NCBI GenBank assembly: GCA_006226305.1
Contig: SBHG01000173.1
Coordinates: 1 to 45,860, forward strand
Length of the DNA: 45,860 nucleotides
Source of the DNA: Alphaproteobacteria bacterium
Lineage (GTDB): Bacteria > Pseudomonadota > Alphaproteobacteria > M2410
Reading direction: 5' to 3'
Part shown: positions 38,905 through 45,860 of the stretch, in pieces
Numbering within the stretch: the first letter of the stretch is position 1
Layout of the letters: each line of letters starts with the position of its first letter
Made by a program: the position numbers and the translations under genes
Notes under the pieces: generated by a model
Told to the model about the DNA's origin: nothing
The model's database searches: none
What the model saw: the letters and a program-made list of their open reading frames with translations, nothing else

Positions 38905-39459
38905 ATGACTGAACCTATGCTGCAACTTAAAGACCTGATTCACCGGGCCCAATCTCTGACAGATCGCCAAATCTTCGTTCTGATGATCGCGGTGTCCGCT
39001 CTGACCCTGGCGACAGCCCATGGCTTTGAGTCCTTCGCCAATTTGCCCCCTTGCCCTTTGTGTCTCGATCAACGGGAAACCTATTGGGCCGCCATCACCT
39101 TTTCCTTTCTCGGAGTTGCCGCAGACCATCTTGAAAAAACCAAAGCAACTTGGTTACCCTGGATCCTCCTGGTCTGTGTGACCGCGTCTTTTGGTTACGG
39201 CGCTTATCTGGCCGGATATCATGCGGGCGTTGAGTACAAATGGTGGGCCGGACCCGCTTCTTGTACCGTTTCAGGGGCCGCAATGAGCATTGAGGCCATG
39301 CTGGCCCTGGAAAACAGCGATGTGGTGCTTTGCGACGAGATTCCATGGTCCCTTTTCGGAATCTCCATGGCAGGTTATAATTTCCTGATTGCGACCACGT
39401 TGACGCTTATCAGCGGCGCCGCTTTACTACGCAACACAAAAGCGCGCCGCGCCACGTAA
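38905..39459 (+). CDS. dsbB: disulfide bond formation protein DsbB
   Basis: PCPLCLDQR, YHAGVEYKWWAGPASC and CDEIPWSLFGISMAGYN; four TM segments. Confidence 0.9.
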   Translation: MTEPMLQLKDLIHRAQSLTDRQIFVLMIAVSALTLATAHGFESFANLPPCPLCLDQRETYWAAITFSFLGVAADHLEKTKATWLPWILLVCVTASFGYGAYLAGYHAGVEYKWWAGPASCTVSGAAMSIEAMLALENSDVVLCDEIPWSLFGISMAGYNFLIATTLTLISGAALLRNTKARRAT

Positions 39460-39482
39460 GACTAGTTCGGGAGGCAGCCCAC

Positions 39483-40067
39483 ATGCCCATGACCAACCCC
39501 AAGCCTCGAAAAAATATGGGGCAACTGCGCCCGGGCGCCAAGTCCAGCGAAAAACGCATGTCCGAAATGCTGCGGGTTGACCACGCGGGCGAATATGGCG
39601 CCACCCGCATTTATCAGGGCCAATTGGCTGTCTTGAGCAAGCGTGGTACCCGGCAAGCGAGCGCAGAAACCATTCGCCATATGGAGGCCCAGGAACAGGT
39701 CCATCTGGAGACCTTCAACCGCATCCTCAATGAACGTCAAGTGCGCCCGACCGCCCTCACACCGATCTGGCATGTCGCCGGCTTTGCTTTGGGCGCCACG
39801 ACCGCCCTGATGGGAGAAAAGGCGGCCATGGCCTGCACGGCGGCCGTGGAAGATGTCATCGACGAGCATTATCAAAATCAGCTTGACGAAATTGGCGAGG
39901 ATGAAACCGACCTTAAGGCAACCATCGCCAAGTTTCGCGACGAAGAAATCGAACATCACGACATTGCGATCGAGCAAGGCGCGGAGCAAACGCCCGGATA
40001 CCGTATCCTGTCGAATGCCATCAAGGCCGGAACCCGGCTTGCCATCAGGCTTTCAGAAAAAGTTTAA
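39483..40067 (+). CDS. coq7: demethoxyubiquinone hydroxylase (di-iron)
   Basis: RVDHAGEYGATRIYQGQ, EQVHL, MACTAAVE..IDEHY and DEEIEH. Confidence 0.95.
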   Translation: MPMTNPKPRKNMGQLRPGAKSSEKRMSEMLRVDHAGEYGATRIYQGQLAVLSKRGTRQASAETIRHMEAQEQVHLETFNRILNERQVRPTALTPIWHVAGFALGATTALMGEKAAMACTAAVEDVIDEHYQNQLDEIGEDETDLKATIAKFRDEEIEHHDIAIEQGAEQTPGYRILSNAIKAGTRLAIRLSEKV

Positions 40068-40204
40068 ACAAAAAAGCCTATCGCAGCATTGAAGGTTCTC
40101 ACGCCTCACCTCAGACGGGGCCTAGACAATTTCAGGTCAAAAAACTAAAATTGATCCGAGAACTGATTTGATTCTCACCATAACGCGTAAAGGACTTGGG
40201 ATAC

Positions 40205-40567
40205 ATGCAGGATATTTTTACATCTAAGACACTTCTAGCGCTTGCTTTTGCAGGTGCATTAACTCTTGGCGCTTGCGGCGACAAAGGCTCCGATGAGGCA
40301 CCGGCCGCGCCAGCCGCCGAAGAAGCCACCGACAGTGCTGCAGACGCAGCCGGTGAGGCCATGGACGAAGCAACGGACGCCGTTGAAGAAGCCGCTGATG
40401 ATGCGATGGATGCAGCGGATGAGGCTGTCGAAGAAGCAACCGAAGAGGCTTCCGACGCCATGGAAGAAGCAGCGGACGAAGCAGGCGACGCCATGGAAGA
40501 AGCTATGGACGATGCCGCTGACGCCATGGATGACATGATGGGCGGCGACGAGGAAGCAACCGAATAA
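40205..40567 (+). CDS. highly acidic low-complexity lipoprotein
   Basis: Lipobox LGAC, then an A/D/E/M-rich tail; followed by a terminator. Confidence 0.85.
   Translation: MQDIFTSKTLLALAFAGALTLGACGDKGSDEAPAAPAAEEATDSAADAAGEAMDEATDAVEEAADDAMDAADEAVEEATEEASDAMEEAADEAGDAMEEAMDDAADAMDDMMGGDEEATE
40337..40534 (+). repeat. six degenerate 33-bp (11-aa) in-frame repeats
   Basis: AADAAGEAMDE / ATDAVEEAADD / AMDAADEAVEE / ATEEASDAMEE / AADEAGDAMEE / AMDDAADAMDD. Confidence 0.8.
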
Positions 40568-40591
40568 GCTTCAGCCGGTATAGTCAAAATG

Positions 40592-40625
40592 AAAGGCGGC
40601 TCTTCCAGGGGCCGCCTTTTTTCTT
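40592..40625 (+). terminator. intrinsic terminator, probably bidirectional
   Basis: AAAGGCGGCTC pairs with GGGCCGCCTTT, followed by TTTCTT; lies between convergent genes. Confidence 0.85.
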
Positions 40626-40659
40626 GCAAGCTCAATCGCCTTGTAGGATGAGGCGCCTC

Positions 40660-41238
40660 TCAAGGCTCAAGCTCGGTATCCCAATAAAGATAGTCCATCC
40701 AGCTTTCATGCAGATAATTCGGCGGAAAGGCGCGCCCATTGCGATGTAAGTCATGCACGGTCGGACGATAAGGTTTTTGTGACGGGAACATATCCGCCCG
40801 CGAGGGCATTCGGCCGCCCTTCTTCAAATTACAGGGGCTGCAGGCCGCCACGACATTCTCCCAGGTCGTCTGACCACCCCGTGAGCGCGGAACCACATGA
40901 TCGAAGGTCAAATCCTCGCCGATACCGCAGTATTGGCATTCAAACTTATCGCGCAAAAAGACATTAAATCGGGTAAAGGCCGGATAGAGCGCCGGTTTGA
41001 TATAGGATTTCAAACTGACAACACTGGGCAGACGCATCTCAAAGCTGGGACTATGCACCGCCTGATCATATTCAGATACGATATTCACCCGATCCAGAAA
41101 GACCGCCTTGATGGCATCCTGCCAAGACCACAGTGACAAGGGAAAATAGCTGAGCGGTCGATAATCCGCGTTCAGAACAAGCGCCGGACAGGCATCCGGC
41201 GACGCGAGCTTGGTGGCATTTTGGACATGAATATTCAC
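40660..41238 (-). CDS. HNH endonuclease family protein (conserved alphaproteobacterial type)
   Basis: PALVLNADYRPLSYFPLSLW, LRDKFECQYCG, LTFDHVVPRSRGG and CSPCNLKKG; likely GTG start 41238. Confidence 0.92.
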   Translation of the reverse strand: MNIHVQNATKLASPDACPALVLNADYRPLSYFPLSLWSWQDAIKAVFLDRVNIVSEYDQAVHSPSFEMRLPSVVSLKSYIKPALYPAFTRFNVFLRDKFECQYCGIGEDLTFDHVVPRSRGGQTTWENVVAACSPCNLKKGGRMPSRADMFPSQKPYRPTVHDLHRNGRAFPPNYLHESWMDYLYWDTELEP

Positions 41239-41415
41239 GCCATCCCCCATGATTACTTGCACATCGGCGAGACCAAGGAGCGCCACCTCCTCTCAAGTAG
41301 GTCTCACCTTTTGAAGGAAGTTTACCGTCTTTGAAGGCAAAATCCAGCGGTTTGTCTTGCCCAGCCCGGCGAAAACTCTCTTGCGCCCACCAGCGCAATC
41401 GATTAGCCAAAACCT

Positions 41416-42327
41416 ATGACAGAGCCCGAAAAGTTGCCCCCAGGTGTTTTAAACATCACCACCCGGTTTGCCCCGAGCCCGACGGGCTTTCTCCACCTGG
41501 GACATGCCTTCGCCGCTTGGCAGGCTTTTGGATTCGCGGCCCAAAATAACGGGCGATTCGTTTTGCGGATTGAAGACACCGACCACACACGGTGTCGTCC
41601 GGAATTTGAAACCGCAATTCTGGAGGATCTACATTGGCTTGGCCTGACCTGGGAAGAGCCGGTACGCCGCCAATCCGACCACCTTGCCGTCTACAAAAGC
41701 TATATCGACCACTTAACAGAGCTTGGATTGACCTACCCCTGCTTTTGCAGCCGCAAGGAAATCCTGGAGGCCTCCGCGGCGGCAAACCTTCCCATTGGCC
41801 CGGACGGTCCCCTTTACCCAGGGACTTGCCGAAAGCTGACCCCGCGCGAAATCCACAGGCACCAAGCAGACGGCAGATCCCATGTCCTGCGACTTGATCT
41901 CACCGAGGCGCTCAAAAAGGTTCCCCCAAGTCTTACATTTGATGAGGTCGGTAGTGATGGCAGCCTTCCCAAGGGGCCAACACCTGTCGATGCCACATCC
42001 GCGGGCGACATCGTTCTGGCGCGCAAAGGCTCGACCACCAGCTATCATGCCTCCGTGGTCGTTGATGACCACCTGCAAGGCATTACTGATGTCGTGCGCG
42101 GCCGCGATCTTTATAGCGCGACACATATTCATCGCCTGTTGCAAGAACTTTGGGGGTTTGAGGCGCCGCGTTATCACCACCACGACCTCCTGCTCGACAG
42201 CGATGGCCGCAAACTTTCCAAGCGCGACCAGGATCACGCCATTCGCGCCATGAAAAAGGCGGGCAAAACGCCCGCCGATCTCAAAGAAATGATTGAGGAA
42301 AATCTGGCCGCTCAGAACCGCGGCTGA
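41416..42327 (+). CDS. gluQ: tRNA glutamyl-Q(34) synthetase GluQRS
   Basis: RFAPSPTGFLHLGH, YPCFCSR, YPGTCR and KLSKRD; about 300 aa with no anticodon-binding domain. Confidence 0.93.
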   Translation: MTEPEKLPPGVLNITTRFAPSPTGFLHLGHAFAAWQAFGFAAQNNGRFVLRIEDTDHTRCRPEFETAILEDLHWLGLTWEEPVRRQSDHLAVYKSYIDHLTELGLTYPCFCSRKEILEASAAANLPIGPDGPLYPGTCRKLTPREIHRHQADGRSHVLRLDLTEALKKVPPSLTFDEVGSDGSLPKGPTPVDATSAGDIVLARKGSTTSYHASVVVDDHLQGITDVVRGRDLYSATHIHRLLQELWGFEAPRYHHHDLLLDSDGRKLSKRDQDHAIRAMKKAGKTPADLKEMIEENLAAQNRG

Positions 42328-42330
42328 GCC

Positions 42331-43005
42331 TTACCAATCATTCAGGCCGACAAAATTTTTGAAGCCCGCCGCCTTGGCCCATTTCTCCCACTCTTCACGC
42401 AGGCGCTTGGTCTCACTGGGTGAATTGATCCCGCGGCCCAGGCCCAGGATCTGGAGCTCAGCGCAGCGATAAAAGATCTTCTTCTCCGGCAAGGGCAATT
42501 GCGCGTCCCGGTGAATGAGCCGAACATATTCAGAGTCTTCCACACCGTCCGTCACCAGAATGATTGTGGTCGGCATCTCCCGGCAATCAAGGGTCAAGGA
42601 CAGCTCTTCCATGAAGGCAATGATATTGGTCATCGGTTGAGTTTGCAGCTTGCCCTGTTGCACCAACAGAGGAACGTTGGAAATGAAGAGTGTCATGTCG
42701 TTCTTCAGAGCTTCCGGTTCATCATTGACACTGGCTATCGCATCAAAGGTAAAGGGGTTGGCATCTGCGTCATAGGCACCAAAGGTGCGCACGGACAGCT
42801 CGGAGCGATAAACCAGCTTGCCGATCTCATCGCCAACGCGCCGCCCCGCCTTACTCGCATAAGCATTGTCGGTCACGAGCGGATTACTCGCCGAAAGATC
42901 AAGCCCAATAATGAGCCGAGATGGTCCATCATCAGCCAGGGCCTGAGACCCAAATAAGCCAAATCCGACAACGACCAGACCTGCGATCAATTTTTTCATG
43001 TTCAT
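42331..43005 (-). CDS. exported VWA-like (MIDAS) protein of unknown function
   Basis: Signal peptide ending ALA; IIGLDLSAS (DxSxS), MTNI and IILVTDG; GAGGGG RBS. Confidence 0.72.
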   Translation of the reverse strand: MNMKKLIAGLVVVGFGLFGSQALADDGPSRLIIGLDLSASNPLVTDNAYASKAGRRVGDEIGKLVYRSELSVRTFGAYDADANPFTFDAIASVNDEPEALKNDMTLFISNVPLLVQQGKLQTQPMTNIIAFMEELSLTLDCREMPTTIILVTDGVEDSEYVRLIHRDAQLPLPEKKIFYRCAELQILGLGRGINSPSETKRLREEWEKWAKAAGFKNFVGLNDW

Positions 43006-43046
43006 TTCCCGTCCCCTCTCAAATCTGATGATTATTCTAACCCATC

Positions 43047-43102
43047 GGAGAAAAAGGAACCAGAACCGGAAAGAGGTTGGAACAAAATCCGGTCCTGGTT
43101 CC
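43047..43102 (-). terminator. 15-bp stem / 17-nt loop hairpin with U-tract, 12 nt after the 4-TM gene stop
   Basis: Minus-strand RNA GGAACCAGGACCGGA-UUUUGUUCCAACCUCUU-UCCGGUUCUGGUUCC-UUUUUCU. One position pairs as G-U only on this strand. Confidence 0.8.
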
Positions 43103-44252
43103 GAGCGAGGCGTTCTATCTCAATTGAAACGCCAGAGAGTCCAGACGGCGCAAACGCTCGGTACGCACCAGCCGGTTCTGATAATCGCGGCCAACCGCGA
43201 ATTTTTGCACACCTTCTTCAGCCCAGATCAGGAACAAAGCGCCAATCGAAGCAACCAGGAAGAAGATGACAGACAAAGACAACATCCATCCGAAGGCATC
43301 ATAAACAGCCAGCTGTTCCATCCACTGCGGCAGCTCTACCGGCGGGCGGGATGCGTTGACAGACGTATTTTCAGGCTCCAGACCAAGGGATTCCAAGGCA
43401 CTGCCGAGGCTCGACCGGCTGGTATCGCGCCCTTCAATGGTCGCTTGATTGTCATTCGGCAAGGAATTGTGGGCATAGAGGAAGCCCAGCGAAAGCATCA
43501 TGGCGACCGTGAGGGCAAAGATTGTGCCCACAAAGAGGTTCCGCCCCCAGACCGGCAAGATACGCAGGAACAGGTGAATACCAATCGTGGCAAAAAGCAC
43601 CTGGAAGGATTTAAACCAGACAGAACCTGCCAGCTCGGGCGGCAGTTGCATATACTCATTGACCATGGCCTGGTGCCAAAACTCTTTGATGATGTGGAAA
43701 TCAACAAACAGGGCCGCCACAACAATCAGGGTGCAGGCGATGGCGCCGCCGAAATAGATGGACTGAAATTTGGAAAACCGGCGCGACAGCTCAAGGTTCT
43801 TTGAAATGACCCGGTCAGCCGCGGTTTTTGAATTGTAATTATAAAGCGCCTTGCTTTTGCTTTGCAGCGAGCCTTTTCCCCGTTCAATCAGGTTCGGGTT
43901 TTCCGCGCGGCGCTGTGCGCTTTCATCGACAGAAAACTCAAGACCGTGCTTGCGTGAATAGGCAAGCTCAACCAGCTCACTCCGCAAATTATCGGCGCGA
44001 TTGCGGATCAGCTCATAGGCTTTTTCCTGCGTCAGCTGGCTGTCGCTATGGATTTTTTCCCATACTTCATCAACCAGATCCGACACAAACACCTCTTCAA
44101 GCAATCCGCTTGAAGCATCATGATTAATCTCTTCGGGATTACCGCGCGCCGGACGGCGTGCTTCACCGCCAACCGGCAATTCGTGAACTGTCGCTTCATA
44201 TTGAGCTTTCAGCTCATCTCTTTGAAAAATGCTCATGAGTTCCAACCTCTTT
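43070..44252. repeat. perfect 14-bp inverted repeat flanking the 4-TM gene
   Basis: AAAGAGGTTGGAAC at 43070-43083 and GTTCCAACCTCTTT at 44239-44252. Confidence 0.92.
43115..44236 (-). CDS. hypothetical membrane protein (helical N-terminal domain + about 4 TM)
   Basis: 373 aa from ATG 44236 behind AAAGAGG; four hydrophobic segments in the C-terminal half. Confidence 0.8.
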   Translation of the reverse strand: MSIFQRDELKAQYEATVHELPVGGEARRPARGNPEEINHDASSGLLEEVFVSDLVDEVWEKIHSDSQLTQEKAYELIRNRADNLRSELVELAYSRKHGLEFSVDESAQRRAENPNLIERGKGSLQSKSKALYNYNSKTAADRVISKNLELSRRFSKFQSIYFGGAIACTLIVVAALFVDFHIIKEFWHQAMVNEYMQLPPELAGSVWFKSFQVLFATIGIHLFLRILPVWGRNLFVGTIFALTVAMMLSLGFLYAHNSLPNDNQATIEGRDTSRSSLGSALESLGLEPENTSVNASRPPVELPQWMEQLAVYDAFGWMLSLSVIFFLVASIGALFLIWAEEGVQKFAVGRDYQNRLVRTERLRRLDSLAFQLR

Positions 44253-44490
44253 TTGCACTGTGCTCTTGATGCCAAGAGCTATTTCCCAAGTTGTGGTCCA
44301 GACAGACTCACAGGGTTCGTGAGCCATCTGAACCGTTCACGCTACTTTGGGATCCATGATTTTCTGGTACGCCCCAAAACCCTTTAAACCTGAACAAGCG
44401 GAGGGTTCCGCTTCTCTCCCGGTTTTCACATCCCCCTACCGTCTGATGTGCTTTCCGAGGTTTCAGCAAGGCCCTCAAGCGGCCCCTGCT

Positions 44491-44498
44491 ATGGTTAA
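44491..44498 (-). promoter_or_regulatory. CtrA half-site TTAACCAT upstream of the 4-TM gene
   Basis: atggttaa on the plus strand, co-oriented with the downstream minus-strand gene. Confidence 0.5.
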
Positions 44499-44681
44499 TA
44501 AGTTGCTGCCCAATTGGGGCGGGTGTCAGTGCTGAATAAGGCCAAAAAAAGAAATCTTGCAGAAGATTGAGGCGATTTTGCCTCAATTGAGTCGGGACGC
44601 CGCAGCCGCGGACAGCATCTCAATTTGCCTCAAACCTCAACTAAGAGTCGAGTCAAATTGCAGAACGCACCCTAATAAAAG

Positions 44682-45860
44682 TCAGAATTTCTGCGGAATA
44701 ATATAAAAATAGCCCGACAGTGCCCGGCGATAGTCCTCTACCGCCAGATCCGGCGAGGAGGCCCCCATTTCCTGCGCCGCCAATCGGCAGCCCTTATCGA
44801 GGCTATAAAGAAAAATGGGTTCATAAATCTTTTCAAATTCGGCCACCGACAAGGGGTGGGAAAAAATTAGCCCGTCCAGGGGCAAGGCTGAAAACTGCCC
44901 AGCCCGGGAGGACGGATAACTCGGCTCAAGGCGAATACCGCCCGGCTCGCGATAAGCGGCGACCGCGGGCTCAGGCGCACCGTCCGCATCGGTCCAGCAG
45001 AACGGCAAGTCTGAAAAGGCGACCGGCTCCGAAACACCGCTCGCCGCCGATCCAGCAAGGCCGGAGCTGTCAGCCCCCTCAATGCCGCCAACCGTTTCTA
45101 TGCCATCTGAGGCAATGCCATTGGCTCCCTCATCGCCCGTGGCGCCCGCATCATATCCTTCTTCGGCGAGGGTGCTATTGCTGGCGGATTGATCCCCGCC
45201 AACTGAGACCTGCGCACCTCTCTTGCCATAGGCCCGATCATCATCGCCATCTTCAAACGAGCCAAATTGCGAGTAGTTGTCATAGGAGTTTTCAAAGGCA
45301 ACGTTTCCATCATCGCCAGCAAAAATATAGTCGGCGCCAACCCAGATCGCGCCGATAACAATCGCCAGAGCGCCAAAACCCACAAGCACACCACCGACGG
45401 GCAAACCCTCTGATCTTTGCTCCGCCTGAGTGATCGATTTGATGAAATAGTCCGCACACTGACCAGCAGAGGCAAAACTACTTTTCTTGCCGCGCGGCTG
45501 GATCATTTCCCAACCCGAAGGGGTTTTGCCAGTCATGCTGCGGGCAATCACCACATACTGCCAGTTAAAGTGCGCCGGCCATTCAGGCGGCGCCTTGACA
45601 AGAAGATTGCCGTCTTCCTTCGCTGGCCAGGCGTCTGGCGGCGTATCACTCCCCCGAAAGAAAACCTTGGCCTCGCAGCGTTGTTCTTTGGGCGCATGTT
45701 TTTGCGAGGGTCTGGCTCTGGGGGCCCCGAACCAAGAGGTCACCGGCGCCTTGGGCATTTGCCCCGTCCACTGCACGGTAACGCAGCCCTCCTCTTCGCT
45801 GAGAAGCACATCAAAGCCTTTGACCGGACGGGCAGCCTGCATGGCGCGGCTGCGAATGGC
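44682..45860 (-). CDS. hypothetical single-pass membrane protein, probably truncated at the window edge
   Basis: Frame is open from ATG 45842 to the right edge; one TM segment (VGGVLVGFGALAIVIGAIWVG), an acidic G/D/S/A-rich linker and a small C-terminal domain. Confidence 0.7.
   Translation of the reverse strand, partial: AIRSRAMQAARPVKGFDVLLSEEEGCVTVQWTGQMPKAPVTSWFGAPRARPSQKHAPKEQRCEAKVFFRGSDTPPDAWPAKEDGNLLVKAPPEWPAHFNWQYVVIARSMTGKTPSGWEMIQPRGKKSSFASAGQCADYFIKSITQAEQRSEGLPVGGVLVGFGALAIVIGAIWVGADYIFAGDDGNVAFENSYDNYSQFGSFEDGDDDRAYGKRGAQVSVGGDQSASNSTLAEEGYDAGATGDEGANGIASDGIETVGGIEGADSSGLAGSAASGVSEPVAFSDLPFCWTDADGAPEPAVAAYREPGGIRLEPSYPSSRAGQFSALPLDGLIFSHPLSVAEFEKIYEPIFLYSLDKGCRLAAQEMGASSPDLAVEDYRRALSGYFYIIPQKF

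Noticed and set aside
38905-40067. dsbB-coq7 adjacency as a novel system
   Set aside because: Functionally coherent, since DsbB uses ubiquinone, and a familiar alphaproteobacterial arrangement.
40337-40534. 33-bp periodicity as a CRISPR-like array
   Set aside because: The repeats are degenerate, in-frame coding repeats without spacers, and no cas genes are present.
40660-41238. HNH gene as a defence or mobile nuclease
   Set aside because: It matches the conserved stand-alone alphaproteobacterial HNH type and has no methylase or mobile-element context.
43070-44252. 14-bp inverted repeats read as terminal inverted repeats of an IS/MITE-like cassette
   Set aside because: No flanking target-site duplication (aaccgg versus ttgcac), no transposase, and one copy sits inside a hairpin loop while the other is the RBS; an RNA-level explanation fits better.

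Overview
Chromosomal window from an alphaproteobacterium (inferred from CtrA boxes, a cpa-type Tad locus and gene content). From left to right it carries a partial NAD-dependent formate dehydrogenase gene, in which the gamma and beta modules are in one frame, and fdhD, divergent from an F420 operon (npdG-cofE-cofD). Metabolic and signalling genes follow: a PhyH dioxygenase, metallophosphoesterase, GIY-YIG protein, class III cyclase, beta-propeller lipoprotein, murI, acyl-CoA enzymes and a hybrid kinase. Next come two divergent paralogous proteins of unknown function, possibly Rep-like winged-helix, set head-to-head with a CtrA-box-rich flp/tad pilus locus. After these are a CoA-transferase, fhs, a Tat flavoprotein plus cytochrome c5, tRNA-Leu(CAA), exoD-dsbB-coq7, an acidic 11-mer-repeat lipoprotein, HNH and gluQ. 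The window ends with an uncharacterised VWA / 4-TM / single-TM gene group. The strongest unexplained signal is at the 4-TM gene (43115-44236, minus strand): the loop of its 3' terminator-like hairpin displays a perfect 14-nt complement of its own ribosome-binding site about 1.15 kb away. No transposase, integrase or CRISPR array was seen. All family calls come from motif recognition by eye; no searches were run.
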